Assembly: GCA_965198115.1 (NCBI GenBank)
Contig: OZ240241.1
Span: 1,920,001-1,984,000 of the forward strand
Length of the DNA: 64,000 bases
Direction: 5' to 3'
Source of the DNA: Candidatus Latescibacterota bacterium
GTDB taxonomy: Bacteria; Latescibacterota; UBA2968
The notes under the pieces are model-generated. The model saw only the letters and a program-made list of their open reading frames with translations, was not told where the DNA came from and ran no database searches. This document shows positions 1 to 11,523 of the stretch, piece after piece (position 1 is the first letter of the stretch; every line of letters starts with the position of its first letter). A program made the position numbers and the translations under genes.

Positions 1-453
1 GACGAGCAGCCGGTCGAGGTCCCGGAGGAGGTCAGCCTGTGTCGGATGCTTGGCGGTCTCCCGGATCTGCTGAGTCGCTCCGACACCGTCGTCGTTTCCA
101 CACCGCAGACGGCTCGATCGATAGGAATGCTTGGGACCGATGAGATCGCCTGTATGAAACCGAATGCGTATCTGCTTGTCGTTTCACGAGGACGCATCGT
201 GGATGAGGATGCGCTCGTGAGTGCGCTGCGAGAGGGTCGGCTCGCCGGAGCCGGACTGGATGTCCAGGCCACCGAGCCGCTCCCCGCCGATAGTCCTCTG
301 TGGGAGGCCCCTAACCTCATCCTCACCCCTCACTGTTCCGACGTGTCGGCAAGGACATCGGCCGCGGCTATATCCATTATGACGGATAACCTTCGCCGCT
401 ACGTCGCTCGGGAATCCCTTCGCAACATCGTGGATAAAGAGCTCGGTTATTAG
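1..453 (+). CDS. D-2-hydroxyacid dehydrogenase, C-terminal part (truncated by window edge)
   Basis: Frame is open from base 1; motifs VSRGRIVDEDAL, GAGLDV..EPLP, LILTPH. Confidence 0.85.
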   Translation, partial: DEQPVEVPEEVSLCRMLGGLPDLLSRSDTVVVSTPQTARSIGMLGTDEIACMKPNAYLLVVSRGRIVDEDALVSALREGRLAGAGLDVQATEPLPADSPLWEAPNLILTPHCSDVSARTSAAAISIMTDNLRRYVARESLRNIVDKELGY

Positions 454-571
454 CCTTGTCCGACCCATTCATTCTGGATTATTTTGAGGATCGGCAGTCA
501 TTTCTCGTAACGTGCTTACATTTGAGGGGATTCGGTTCCCGAATCACAACTTTACTGTTAGGAACCATCAT

Positions 572-1057
572 ATGACCTCTGACAGCGCCAGATACCGGCA
601 TTTTCGCGTATTCACCGCCCTCGCATTCTGTGGGATGCTCGTGTTTGGCTGCAGCGTCGATCGCAACGTTCTGGAATCGGTTCCTAATTCGGACCAAGCG
701 GCTGGTCTGCCGAACGAGGCGTTCAGACCCCTCCCGCTCCAGTCGACCTCCGCGGCAAACACCCCTGCGACCAAGCCGGCCGTCGTCCAGGAATTGATCA
801 GCGCCGTGGCGTTCGGTGATCACGGAACGAATTTCAACGTTCCCGCGGAAATCAAACTCGACCTTGAGGGACTCGACCTCTCGGGCTATGGAGAAGACGA
901 GATCGATCTTTACGGGTTCGATCGTGACACTGACACTTGGTTTCTCGTCCCCAGGAACTACAAGGTCATCGAGCTCGATCAGGGCAAAATCCAGGGGATC
1001 TGGTATTTCGATCACTTTTCACGATACTCTCTCGGCGGTGGAGACATCGATCGATAG
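572..1057 (+). CDS. Hypothetical lipoprotein with partial ZU5-like domain
   Basis: Signal peptide with lipobox LVFGC; FGDHGTNFNVPA and DHFSRY motifs. Confidence 0.55.
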   Translation: MTSDSARYRHFRVFTALAFCGMLVFGCSVDRNVLESVPNSDQAAGLPNEAFRPLPLQSTSAANTPATKPAVVQELISAVAFGDHGTNFNVPAEIKLDLEGLDLSGYGEDEIDLYGFDRDTDTWFLVPRNYKVIELDQGKIQGIWYFDHFSRYSLGGGDIDR

Positions 1058-1099
1058 AGCCGCGCAAGAACTCGATGGGGGATCAAGCAGGATCGTCCA

Positions 1100-1498
1100 T
1101 CATTCGATTGTGATCTGAGCCTTCCGCTCCGGTCGATCGTGTAGGTGGCCGTGCGCGGGTAAGCTCACGCCCAGACGGATCGAGGGACCATCACCCACGG
1201 GGAAGATGTGATGGAAGGTCAGCGCGGGGACGAACACGAAGTCCCCCGCTTTGGCAACGACCACCTCGTCTCTTCCCTCGATTTTCCAGTGTATTTCACC
1301 CTGTAGAATCGCCCACCACTCGTCATAGTCGTGCACGTGGTTGTCGTTTTCGGTCCCCGGATTCTGATGAATCACCGTGGCGCTCACGTGGTCGGCCCTA
1401 ACGAGCGAATGCGACCAGTTCCCCTCCCCCTTCTCCTTCTTGATCTCCTCCAGATTAATATGATTCAGGTCTCCAAGTATCGGTTTTGCCAGTGACAT
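1100..1498 (-). CDS. Cupin domain protein
   Basis: HVHDYDEWW...G..VFVPALTFH cupin motifs; GGAGG RBS before MSLAKP. Confidence 0.8.
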   Translation of the reverse strand: MSLAKPILGDLNHINLEEIKKEKGEGNWSHSLVRADHVSATVIHQNPGTENDNHVHDYDEWWAILQGEIHWKIEGRDEVVVAKAGDFVFVPALTFHHIFPVGDGPSIRLGVSLPAHGHLHDRPERKAQITIE

Positions 1499-1673
1499 AA
1501 CTCCTCCTTCCTTCACTTTGATTCAAACGCGCTAATTTCGCGGATCGACATCGACGGTTCGCCCGTGAACCGCCGGGCACCGCCAGATACTTTCCCCGAA
1601 TGGGGCTACAAACTCGAGTTGCTATTCCTTTCGTGTTCATCCGTGGTTCCCAAGGTTTTTACCGCTTCGATCA

Positions 1674-3695
1674 TCACCACGCAACGTGGATCTCGTGCCC
1701 GTTTCCCGGAAACCAGATCCAGTCCACGATAACGCCAAGGGCAACACCCGCAAGAAATCCCATCAGCATCCCCAGGAAAAGCGGTGCTGTGGTTCGGTAC
1801 CGCTCCAAGCCCCCGATCCTCAGAATCAGACGCTTGATCGCCCAGACCGCAAAGATCGTCACCGTCGTATTGCGCAATGTCGACGACGCGGCGATCGTGA
1901 AGCCGATCGGATGGATCGGGAAACCTGGAAAGCGATAGCGTAGAAAGACCAGAAGCCCGGTAAAGGCACTCCCCACACCGAGGTAGAACACCCGATTCCA
2001 GTCGGTCGTCGAGAATCCGCCCTGAATCCGCCCTGCAGTCAAACGCCAGACCCTGACGGCGGGGATTCCGGACGTCCCGAAGCTTTCCGATCCGAAATTA
2101 TAGCTTCCCAACACGTAGTACGCTTGATAGAGGATGAACGCGATCACACTCAGGGCGCCCACCAGCGATCCGAACATCACCGCGGGCGCCAGCACTTTTC
2201 GACTGGCCCGGTGCATCGCCATCCCCAGACGTGGTACGTGGGATAGAGGAGTCATCGCGAACGTCTTGGCGTCGCAGAAGCTCGAGAAGGTCAGTCCCAA
2301 TGAAACTGCACTCGCCGGCCCCATTCCCAACACACCGAACAGATGCCACGTGAATGCCTGAGCGGTGATAGGCCCTCTCAGAAAAACGAGCCCGCTCTCG
2401 ACGAAAATCCTCGCGAGCCCGATGTAGATGACCAGCGTCGCAAACCAGTACGTCAGAATCGGGCCCCAATCCATTCCTGTCGCGTGAAGCCAGAGGGCTG
2501 CGTAAACGAGGCTTCCGATCAGCAACCGGACGGACGTGCGATAGGACATCAGCTCGTCCGAATCGTCGACCCCATCGTCACCCCCGAATGCCTTCGAGAA
2601 CACATCTCGAAGATGTTGCCTGGCGATCCACAGACCCCATCCGACAAAGACGATCATCCCCCCAAAGCTCTGCCAGCCGATGGCGGGGTGAAAGCTGCAC
2701 CAGGGGTCCGAACTGCCCAGGTTCAATCCGAGTTGGTTAAAGACGCCCCCCTGAATGAGGGCTATCACGTGAAAGAGCCAGATGCTGAACAGTACTTCGA
2801 GGTTGGTGAAATAGCCGAAGATCAGCGTCAGTGGGCTGAGTGTCAGAATCGCCGGTGGAAAGCCGCGTGCGATCGTGATCTGTCGCAGTCCTTCGTAAGC
2901 GTTCAGGATCGGGATCTGCGGCATCGCCACGAAGAACCACGTCGCGATGTTCCAGCTTATGATGAAGAAGATGATCCCGAAGCCGATCCGAAACAGCCTC
3001 GAACGACACAGACTCGCAAGCGTACCGCTCGTTCCGGCGACGCCCGTCATCTCCAGCAACGCCCTAGCGACGGGATAGGCCAGCCGTTCGTGCTCCGCCC
3101 ACTGCTTTCTCAGAACGACGTTCAGACACAGACCGATCGTCAACATCGCACCGAGGAAGGTACCCCACCAGAAGAGTGGTCGGATCCAGCTACTCCACGG
3201 AAAACCACGGCCGGGTGCGAGGCCCTCGTGAAAGCCGGCCGATGCCTCTCTGTCGGCCACCACCGTCCAGTCGGCCATATGAGGGAGAATCAGGTCTTCC
3301 CAGCGATTCTCGGGAGTGGCAAAGTAGTATGGAACGGCCAGAACCGTCAGAAGGTAGTTGGATAGCCACTCGCCCTGCATAAAAGCGGCGATCATCCCGA
3401 TGCAGCAGATTGTGAGGAGCTCGGTGGGAGATAAGCCGTAGCCGCGGCGTTCGAACAGGATGTTCAACACCAGCAGGCACACGAAGGGAATTAGAACAGA
3501 TACCGAGAGATGCGCAAAGTCCGCTCGCGAGGACCGAAGAATCAGGCTGGTATAGGTCGGCCAGACCGTTACGACGACGGCCATCGCCATCCCGATCGCC
3601 AATGCCCTGCGCGATACGCCCGGATCCTGCAGCGACCCTTCAGACGGTTCAGACCATCCCGATCGGAGCGCTACTGACAATCGCCACTCTCCCAC
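1674..3695 (-). CDS. Polytopic membrane protein, DUF6785/DUF6784-like (putative transporter)
   Basis: 673 aa with many TM segments; QW..HERL.YP and RYRFPGFPIHPIGF motifs. Confidence 0.7.
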   Translation of the reverse strand: MGEWRLSVALRSGWSEPSEGSLQDPGVSRRALAIGMAMAVVVTVWPTYTSLILRSSRADFAHLSVSVLIPFVCLLVLNILFERRGYGLSPTELLTICCIGMIAAFMQGEWLSNYLLTVLAVPYYFATPENRWEDLILPHMADWTVVADREASAGFHEGLAPGRGFPWSSWIRPLFWWGTFLGAMLTIGLCLNVVLRKQWAEHERLAYPVARALLEMTGVAGTSGTLASLCRSRLFRIGFGIIFFIISWNIATWFFVAMPQIPILNAYEGLRQITIARGFPPAILTLSPLTLIFGYFTNLEVLFSIWLFHVIALIQGGVFNQLGLNLGSSDPWCSFHPAIGWQSFGGMIVFVGWGLWIARQHLRDVFSKAFGGDDGVDDSDELMSYRTSVRLLIGSLVYAALWLHATGMDWGPILTYWFATLVIYIGLARIFVESGLVFLRGPITAQAFTWHLFGVLGMGPASAVSLGLTFSSFCDAKTFAMTPLSHVPRLGMAMHRASRKVLAPAVMFGSLVGALSVIAFILYQAYYVLGSYNFGSESFGTSGIPAVRVWRLTAGRIQGGFSTTDWNRVFYLGVGSAFTGLLVFLRYRFPGFPIHPIGFTIAASSTLRNTTVTIFAVWAIKRLILRIGGLERYRTTAPLFLGMLMGFLAGVALGVIVDWIWFPGNGHEIHVAW

Positions 3696-3708
3696 TCACG
3701 AGGCGCGT

Positions 3709-4782
3709 TTACTTTGCGTATCGATCCAGATCTGCCTGTTCCACCTGGTCGTCACTCGGCGAGACGCGGAGCTTGTCGGCCCACGACTGAATCCGCGCCC
3801 AGATATCCGATGGTACCTCGATGCCCGTCTGCAGTCGTTTCTTCCGGGTGTTGTGTTCATAGTCACCAGGAACGAGCACCTCATCGAATCCAGGAGCGGG
3901 CGGCGTAGCCTTGATGTCGTCCAGAAATGCGCGGACACCTCGTTGATACGCATCGAGGGGGGTGAACGCCGCCACATCCATCGCTTGCATATAAACGCCG
4001 CGCATCGATCCATTGGTCGTGACAAAATCGCCCGACAACCCGCCGAGCAAACACGTGAGCAGCGAAACGGCGTAACCCTTGTGCTTGCCGAAGGCCAGGA
4101 GATTTCCGCCATCGCGCCAGTCCGAAGGGTTCACGCTCGGGTTCCCATCCTTGTCCACGAGACAGTTTTCCGGAAGCTCGACACCCTCGCTTTCGGCCAC
4201 GAGCACCTTCCCGCCTGCGATCACGCTCGTCGCGAAATCCAGCACGAACGGGGCGTCGTCTCCAGTCGGAATGCCGACCGCAATAGGATTCGTTCCGAGC
4301 GCACTTTCGGCTCCGCCATAAGGCAGGATGCTGCCGCCCGTATTGCCGCCACCACGTCCCGATGCAATGATGCCGATGCACCCCGCCCGGGCGGCCTGTT
4401 CCGCCCATTCCCCGAGCCGACCGATGTGATGGCCGCGCACGAAACTCACGCGACACGTTTCGCATTCCTTCGCCTTCTCGACAGCCATCTCCATCGCTCT
4501 CTTGGCCAGATAGATGCCGGATCCTTTGTTGGCCTCGAGCAAGATGGTATGGTCGGTCTCCTTGACCACCGTCGGCTCCGCCGCCGGATCCATCCCACCT
4601 GAATCGATGCTCGACAGGTAGGAGGAGACGAACTGCACGCCGTGAGAATCGTGGCCCGCCAGATTGGCGTTGACCAGGGCTTCAGCAATCGATTCAGCGA
4701 TATGCCGGGGAGCACCCGCCACAACGAAAAGCTGCCTCGTAAGCGCGTGGAGATAACTCGCCTGAAAAGGTCCCTCTGCCAC
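3709..4782 (-). CDS. Ldh_2-family (malate/L-lactate/sulfolactate type) oxidoreductase
   Basis: ANLAGHDSHG, HIGRLG, GTNPIA, FGKHKGY motifs. Confidence 0.88.
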   Translation of the reverse strand: MAEGPFQASYLHALTRQLFVVAGAPRHIAESIAEALVNANLAGHDSHGVQFVSSYLSSIDSGGMDPAAEPTVVKETDHTILLEANKGSGIYLAKRAMEMAVEKAKECETCRVSFVRGHHIGRLGEWAEQAARAGCIGIIASGRGGGNTGGSILPYGGAESALGTNPIAVGIPTGDDAPFVLDFATSVIAGGKVLVAESEGVELPENCLVDKDGNPSVNPSDWRDGGNLLAFGKHKGYAVSLLTCLLGGLSGDFVTTNGSMRGVYMQAMDVAAFTPLDAYQRGVRAFLDDIKATPPAPGFDEVLVPGDYEHNTRKKRLQTGIEVPSDIWARIQSWADKLRVSPSDDQVEQADLDRYAK

Positions 4783-4853
4783 TTTATTGCTCCTCTCAGT
4801 ACCTCAGAGTTCTGTTCCGGTTTTCCTGAACACTGAACATTTCAGTTGAGCCG

Positions 4854-5255
4854 CTAGGCCTCACCGCAGCCAATCACGGCAACCGCCTCTACTTCGACGA
4901 GCAAATCTGGATTGACCAGCTTCGGCGTGGATAGTGTTGCGCTGGCCGGAATGTTGTTCGGAAACGCTTCCGCTCGAGCGGCCGCATAGTCGGCGTAGCG
5001 GTCCATATCCGTTATAAAAGCCAGAATCTTGACGACATCCTCCATCGTCGCACCCGCCTCCGCAAGGACCGCGCGAATGTTCTCGAACGTCTGCGTCGCC
5101 TGGGCCTTCATATCGTCGCCACCCACGATGTTTCCGTCTCGATCGAACCCCACTTGGCCCGAAACGTAGACCGTATCGCCCACTTTCACCCCCTGTGCGA
5201 TCCGGAAATCCCTGGCCCAGGGCCAATCCGGATTGAGCTCCACCCGATCCGGCAT
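4854..5255 (-). CDS. RidA/YjgF family protein
   Basis: VYVSGQVG, PASA, LVEVEA motifs; AGGAGG RBS. Confidence 0.88.
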   Translation of the reverse strand: MPDRVELNPDWPWARDFRIAQGVKVGDTVYVSGQVGFDRDGNIVGGDDMKAQATQTFENIRAVLAEAGATMEDVVKILAFITDMDRYADYAAARAEAFPNNIPASATLSTPKLVNPDLLVEVEAVAVIGCGEA

Positions 5256-5386
5256 CCTACACCTCCTTGTCAATGTCTTGAGTCTTGACTCCGCAGCAAA
5301 GTAACGCGATCAGATCGATAAAAACGAGGATTGATTCGGGTTGAAAACAGTGTCGTAAATCGCTTCGCCTCGCCTCACTGGGCTGC

Positions 5387-6259
5387 TCATTCCACACGGG
5401 CGATCGCGGCGAGGATGTCGTCCTGGAGCCGACCTTGCTCGACAGACTGAACGTTGTCTTCCAAGTGATCGATGTTGGTCGTACCAACGATGGCCGTATG
5501 GACGTTGTCATCGCACATCAGCCAGCGCAAGGCCGTTTCCACCGGCGGTAGGTCGCCGATGACCTGCTGTGCCAGAACTCTACGAGCCCGATCCGCCAGA
5601 GCGTTGCTCGGATTCTCGGAGTCGGCACCTTCGAAAACGGCGTTCGCGATCGGTTGTTTGATGATGATGCCCATATCCTTTTCACGAGCCGCGGCAATGA
5701 TGCCCCCCGGCGCCTGATCGAGCACATTGTAGGTAATCTGCAGCGTGTCGTACTCGCCGATTTCGATCGCCTTCAGCGCCGCGTCGCCGTCCGCTGAAAT
5801 GCTGATGAAGCGCACCTTGCCCTGCTCCTGTGCTCGCTTGAGCCCTTCAAGACCATCGCCAAAGGCCACATCCTCGTAGGGAGGGCTATGGAGCTGCACG
5901 ATGTCGAGACAGTCCATCTTCAGCCGTTGCAGACTGCGATCGATCTGCGGAGTAATGGCCTTCGTGCCGTAGTCCAGTGTCTGTACCCACTCTCCGTCGG
6001 GCAGAAGCTCGCGCCAGGAGCCACATTTAGTCGCGAACGTGAACTCGTCCCGCCGGTGACCCACATATTTGGCGATCAGCTCCTCGCTCCATCGGTAGGC
6101 GGCTGAGGAATCGATGAAGTTGATACCCAGGTCGAGGGCCCGATTGAGAAGCCGCCCTACGTCATCGCCCTTCTCGAGGGGTGTCCATCCGATCTCCCAC
6201 GCCCCGAAACCCAGCTCGGAGACTTCGATCCCTGTTCGACCGAGGGTGCGATACTCCAT
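5387..6259 (-). CDS. Aldo/keto reductase
   Basis: MEYRTLGRTG.EVSELGFG, GINFIDSS..Y, ATK, SLQRL...LDIVQLH. Confidence 0.9.
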   Translation of the reverse strand: MEYRTLGRTGIEVSELGFGAWEIGWTPLEKGDDVGRLLNRALDLGINFIDSSAAYRWSEELIAKYVGHRRDEFTFATKCGSWRELLPDGEWVQTLDYGTKAITPQIDRSLQRLKMDCLDIVQLHSPPYEDVAFGDGLEGLKRAQEQGKVRFISISADGDAALKAIEIGEYDTLQITYNVLDQAPGGIIAAAREKDMGIIIKQPIANAVFEGADSENPSNALADRARRVLAQQVIGDLPPVETALRWLMCDDNVHTAIVGTTNIDHLEDNVQSVEQGRLQDDILAAIARVE

Positions 6260-6319
6260 CGTCAGACTCCATTTCCCAGGTCGCCGTGCGGCCTAAACGG
6301 AATCCGCAACGGCGCGTGA

Positions 6320-8543
6320 TCATCGACTCGCGCGATCCACGTAGATCGGGCTCGACCAGGCCATTTCCATATCCTGCTGAACGACCCGCACCCAGTACGG
6401 ATTAGTGCCCGGGCGGGGTGAATCGTCGGTGTAGGAGAAGTCGATCTCTCCGGGCTCAGCGGCCGCGGGCGCCTGAGACACGATCACTCGACGGTTCAGC
6501 TGACCGATCTCCATCGTGACTGGAGCCTGGGCAAGCTGTTTCAAGTCCAAGTCAAACGCCACCTTTTCAGCAGGGGCGTAGGAAATCCGACGCGGTGCCC
6601 TGTCACCACGCCCACCATACTTGGGTCCGGTGATCAACGATGTGTTCACGACCAGCTCGAGGACGCCGTCTTCATCCCCAGGCAGCGTCAGAATGAGCCC
6701 ACTGCGATACCCACACGTCACGGAATACCATCGCAAGCCATCATCCGTCGCGTCATAGACAGTGGACCGGGGGCTGTCGAAGCGGATTTTCTCCACTTCC
6801 GCGATCTGGCGGCCCCTCACTCTGAGCCGCCCCTCCCAGACGACCCCCGAATAGCTGCTCTTCCGGCTGGCGCCTTCCCAGAGGATGCGCACTCGATGTC
6901 GATCCGTCTCAGCCTCGATGGGATGACGATAAATTCGATCACGCCCCCTGTACAACTCCACGGATTCGAACGGAGCGGTGCCCTGCACCTCAGCTTCGAT
7001 GCACGGCTGATCGTCGGCAGTGAATGCCTCTCCCATCAGGTGCCCCTCGCACGCCGTCCGCATCAGAATCCGGGCACCCGTCGTGGCGTAGATCCTTCTC
7101 GCCTGATAGGCTTCGAGAATCCCGGGGATCGTCAGCTCCCTCGCGTAAACGGCCGCAAGACCGGCCTTGGCGTAGCGACGGTGCTGGTGCCCGGGGGTAT
7201 CGCCTCCCGGACGAGCATTGTGACTGTCGCTCCCACCGAAGAAGCCCATCTTGTAATTTCGTTCCAGAACCTCTTCCAGAATCCACTCGAACGTACCGTG
7301 ATCGGACGTCACCTCGACGGCTGACTCCAGCGAGGGGTCGTGATGAGCCAGATCCGAATGCTCCCCTCCAACGTGAGCGGTGATCAGCGTATCGGAATGT
7401 CGATAGGCCTCATACACATCCTCGATATGCGCCAGGTCCGTGTTCAGATCCGAAGTATCGGAAATCGATCGATGGCTCGAACGTCGAATCGGTTGGTCGT
7501 GTCGTCGAAAGTAGACGTTGTGATGTCCACCCAGTTCCGTCCCGGCCGACCATTCGAATCCCGGTAGCGCGACGAATCTCCCGGGTTGGTCGTAGGCGCG
7601 CTCCACCTCCTGCTGCAGTTCCCAGTCTCGTTTAGTCACCGCGTAATCGTTGCGTTGGTAGCCCGCGAAGCTGATAGCGGCCACATCGCGTGCGTAGCGG
7701 AAGAAATCCGGAATCTTCTCCGCCATTGCCACCTGGCCGCCGTGCGAATCTCCCCAGTAGAGCGTGAAAGGATTCGTCGTTGCGCTGCACAGCATCGGAT
7801 TGCTCGTTGCCCGCAACCCGTGTTCCCGATCTTCGGCCACGATCCTGTGGACGCCCGGTTCCGACACCCGGCAACCCTCGATCCACCGGACGCCTCCCTC
7901 CATCTCCCCGAATTCCACAGTCTGTTCGGGCACGACTTCCGATAACAGCTCCACCACCCCGCGATGGATCGTGGGCGGGATTCCCCCACGCGTCTTCCAC
8001 TTTTACCTGTACGCGAAACGGAACCCCGGCCACCACGATGGAGGGAACGTTCAGGACCAGCCTATCCGCCTCTCCACCGACGACCCTCAAAAATGGCGGA
8101 TCCGGCAGCGTCACGCTCGTTCCGTCGCCCTCGACATCCACATCCAACCAAAAGAAGTGTCGGTCTTCCTGAAAGGTCTGGGATCGGAACCCCGGACCTC
8201 CAGCGCTTCGATCGCCGAAGGTGACCTTGACTTCCTCGCCTGGCTCCAACGCCCTCCCGTTCACTGTCAGGAGAACGGATACCACGCTTTGAACGAGCAA
8301 ACCCAGATGCGCATCATCCGGTGCTGCGACCCTCGTGTAGTCAGGCGCACCCGGATCGTCCATCTGCGGCATCCCGCGATCGGTGTCCGAATCCGTGTAA
8401 ATCCGGATAGTCCCACCGGTCCTGACGCCATTCGATCCGACCGTGTACATCAGAGTCCAGGCGCCGTAGGATCCGGCAACGACCTCTCCGCTCGGAGTGA
8501 GAACGGCCCTTCCATAGTCTGTTCCGCTGGTCGTCTCGGGCAT
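6320..8543 (-). pseudogene. DUF3604-like (PHP-like metal-binding) protein, frameshifted near 7965
   Basis: N-terminal half in ORF 7632-8543, C-terminal half in ORF 6320-7957 (YWGDSHG, GFEWS, GGSDSH, WSSPIYV). Confidence 0.7.
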
Positions 8544-8589
8544 CTGGTATGGCTCCTGGGTGGAGACCGACGGTCGCGAGTTCGAATCC

Positions 8590-9621
8590 TTAGACGCCGA
8601 CGTCGGGCATTGTCTTTTCTACGTCTGTCGGCGCCAGCTTTTTCCGCACTTCTGCCAGAATCTCCAGTGACCTCGAGCACGCATCCGGGTCGTAAATCCA
8701 CACGGTGGAGATCAATTCGTCAGCTCCTGTTTCCCTCACGAGCTGCGCGAGGCCCTGGTTCACTGTTTCCGCGGATCCGACATAAGCGTGGGTCAGCTTG
8801 TGCTCCACAGCCGGTTTCTCGTGAGGCAGCCAGTACGATTCGATGTCATCGATCGGGGGACCGATGGGGTCTCGCTTTCCTCTCATCATATCCGTCGACC
8901 GCACCTGCATCGACGTAAACAGGTGTTCAGCCTCCTCGTCCGTGTCCGCTGCAACCACGTTCACACCCACCATCGCATAAGGCCGTTCGAGATGGTCGGA
9001 TGGTCGAAACCCCGTCCGATAGGCCTCCAGAGCGCTCAGCAGATGGTCAGGGGCAAAGTGGGATGCGAATGCGTAGGGCAGCCCGAGATACGCGGCAAGC
9101 TGCGCACTGAACAAACTGGACCCGAGAAGCCAGATCGGTACGCGCAAGCCAGCTCCTGGAACCGCGCGCACTGCCTGATCCGGCTCCGGATCGCTGAAAT
9201 AGGCCTGCAATTCCACGACGTCCCTAGGAAAGTCGTTCGCCGTTCCCATTCGGTCCCGACGGAGAGCGTAGGCTGTCATCTGGTCCGTTCCCGGCGCCCG
9301 CCCGAGCCCAAGATCGATTCTGCCCGGGTAGAGAGACTCCAACGTTCCGAAGTGCTCGGCAATGACCAGGGGCGCGTGATTGGGCAACATCACCCCGCCC
9401 GACCCCACACGTATCGTCTTCGTGGCTTCTGCAACGTGTCCGACCAGAACACTCGTCGCGGCGCTCCCGATGCCGCCCATGTTGTGATGTTCGGCCAGCC
9501 AGTAACGGTTGTAGCCCAGTTCCTCCGCGTGTCTCGCCTGTCGGCGCATCAGCTCGTAGGCCCTCGACGCATCGCTCCCCTGACGGATCGGAGCCAGATC
9601 GAGTATCGAAATCGGTATCAA
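8590..9621 (-). CDS. LLM-class (luciferase-like) flavin-dependent oxidoreductase
   Basis: [36 protein letters not shown]; TTG start after AAGGAG. Confidence 0.9.
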   Translation of the reverse strand: MIPISILDLAPIRQGSDASRAYELMRRQARHAEELGYNRYWLAEHHNMGGIGSAATSVLVGHVAEATKTIRVGSGGVMLPNHAPLVIAEHFGTLESLYPGRIDLGLGRAPGTDQMTAYALRRDRMGTANDFPRDVVELQAYFSDPEPDQAVRAVPGAGLRVPIWLLGSSLFSAQLAAYLGLPYAFASHFAPDHLLSALEAYRTGFRPSDHLERPYAMVGVNVVAADTDEEAEHLFTSMQVRSTDMMRGKRDPIGPPIDDIESYWLPHEKPAVEHKLTHAYVGSAETVNQGLAQLVRETGADELISTVWIYDPDACSRSLEILAEVRKKLAPTDVEKTMPDVGV

Positions 9622-9826
9622 CGCCTTTTCTCCTTGAGCGGACAGAGAGATGCGGATAAGGGTCGCGCTACCGGATCGAAGTAAGAGGGTTCGCCATCGG
9701 TTTTCGCCCCTATCTGTCTCAGCCCAAGATAGCCCGTGCCACGTCAACCTCAAAAGACCCTGATCTAGCAGAGATGTCGTGTGTGCGGTTTGGAAAGGCT
9801 GCAAGGCAAGTGGTATCTTAGCCTTC

Positions 9827-10945
9827 ATGACAGATGCGCTCAGATCCCTGGCTATCGCCGGAGCCTGGGGATACATCGGTCACAAGTTCATCGAAGCGGG
9901 CCTGGACCTCGGGTTGGACGTCTACGCGTTCGATCCCGGCCCTGCGCCGACAGATGTCGATCTGACCCGTGTGCACCGTGTCGAATCTCCAGCCGAGTTC
10001 TATCGCCTCGACGCCGATCTCTACCACCTCGCATTGCACCCGCAGCACCGCTCGTTGGCGCTGGCCTCCCTGTTACCACGTGCCGCAAACGATGGCATCG
10101 TCATCCTGAACGAAAAGCCAATGGCGGCACCCGATCGCCCTCGCGACAGCCGTCGCCTACTCGCCGACATCGACGGGGCAGGCGCGACCGTCTTCTTCGA
10201 CTTTCCCGAGATCTTCGATCCACTGACCCATCACATCCTGAATTTCTTGAACGAATTCGAGGATGTTCGTATCGCCGAGATCCACATCCAGCGGTCCAAG
10301 GATCGCGAAGCGAAGAACAACCCTCGAAACCTGAAGCGAATGGTACACATTCAGTACCAGGAATCCGTTCATTGTCTGGCCTTCGTCCTGAACCTCCTCG
10401 GCCACATCCACGGCGAAGTCGAAACGACACTCGATCGGGGTCTTGTGTTGTCGGCTACGGCGGAGCCTTACGACCCCCCCAATCCCGATGCGTATCCGCA
10501 CGTGGTCGATGGACGCTGTAATTTTGACATGACGATCGGGGAGACCGCAATCCACGGTCATACGGATTTCAAACGCCACGCACCCTGGAGAAAGCAACGC
10601 GTCATTAGAGGAACAGGCGACGGCACGTCCTTCGAGATCGATGTCGACTATCTCGAAGGAGCCAAGTATCTCCGCATCGATGGCCAGGATCAGCGAGTCG
10701 ACCCGGCGGGAAGCTCCTACGAAGCCGTCCTCCTCGGGATCCAAAAGTGGCACCGTGAGGTTCCACCGACCAACCTCATGCGAGGCGTCTACCCCAACCC
10801 AGACTTTGCGCTTCTGACTTACCAGCTCTCGAGTGCGTTGTGGCGCGCGAGCTACGATCGCGAGAAGATCCACTTGCCCGACTCATCTGCGCTCCGAGCA
10901 TTCGACGCTGGATTCGAAGAGACCGAATTCGCCAGATACGTCTAA
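9827..10945 (+). CDS. Putative Gfo/Idh/MocA-like NAD(P)-binding oxidoreductase
   Basis: Rossmann motif IAGAWGYIG and ILNEKPMA. Confidence 0.55.
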   Translation: MTDALRSLAIAGAWGYIGHKFIEAGLDLGLDVYAFDPGPAPTDVDLTRVHRVESPAEFYRLDADLYHLALHPQHRSLALASLLPRAANDGIVILNEKPMAAPDRPRDSRRLLADIDGAGATVFFDFPEIFDPLTHHILNFLNEFEDVRIAEIHIQRSKDREAKNNPRNLKRMVHIQYQESVHCLAFVLNLLGHIHGEVETTLDRGLVLSATAEPYDPPNPDAYPHVVDGRCNFDMTIGETAIHGHTDFKRHAPWRKQRVIRGTGDGTSFEIDVDYLEGAKYLRIDGQDQRVDPAGSSYEAVLLGIQKWHREVPPTNLMRGVYPNPDFALLTYQLSSALWRASYDREKIHLPDSSALRAFDAGFEETEFARYV

Positions 10946-10983
10946 CCGGCAGTCTGTTATCGTATTTTTCGGCCGCTAAAAGC

Positions 10984-11013
10984 TTGACCTCCCCCTGCCA
11001 ATCACCCTATTTT
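10984..11013 (+). promoter_or_regulatory. Putative sigma70 promoter
   Basis: TTGACC-18 bp-TATTTT upstream of the response regulator. Confidence 0.4.
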
Positions 11014-11046
11014 GTCGCAGACCGCAACTCACTCTTCCGAGGGACC

Positions 11047-11419
11047 ATGCCCCACATCCTCATCGTCGACGACGACGAATCGATCCGTGTCGTAATCCGC
11101 AAGGGAATGGAACTTGCGGGTCACACTGTCGCGGAAGCGGTCGATGGTGATGAAGGGATGAGCGCCTTCACGCACGAATCACCGGACCTCGTCATCACCG
11201 ACATCATGATGCCTGGCACCTATGGTCTGCAGCTCATCCGAAACCTCCATCGACAGGCTCCGGACGTGCCCATTATTGCGATTACTGGGTATCAACCCTC
11301 TCGTCTTTCTATGGCGGAGGACATGGGGGGCCGTTGTCACTTTTCAGAAGCCTTTCTCAATGGTTGAACTGGTATCCACGGTAGGCAAACTCACCGGAAA
11401 CAAGACCGTCGGTGGTTGA
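11047..11419 (+). pseudogene. Single-domain response regulator, frameshifted at a G6 run (11325-11330)
   Basis: ILIVDDD...DLVITDIMMP...IIAITG; the conserved ...FQKPF end lies in another frame. Confidence 0.75.
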
Positions 11420-11523
11420 AAGGGCGATTCACCCCGAGCGCCCACTGTCCGCACAACACCGGCATACGTATATTTGACCGGTAGGTGTTGGATCCCTCCA
11501 AGTTCGTCGTTTCGGAGTCCTGA

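Noticed and set aside
1630-1648. TTCGTGTTCATCCGTGGTT resembling a dispersed intergenic repeat unit
   Set aside because: Single copy in this window, so a repeat cannot be supported
9622-9876. N-terminal extension of the LLM oxidoreductase
   Set aside because: It overlaps the divergent gene; family similarity and the RBS begin at 9621
11325-11330. G6 run as a phase-variation switch in the response regulator
   Set aside because: The run is short for efficient slippage; a single indel or sequencing error is simpler
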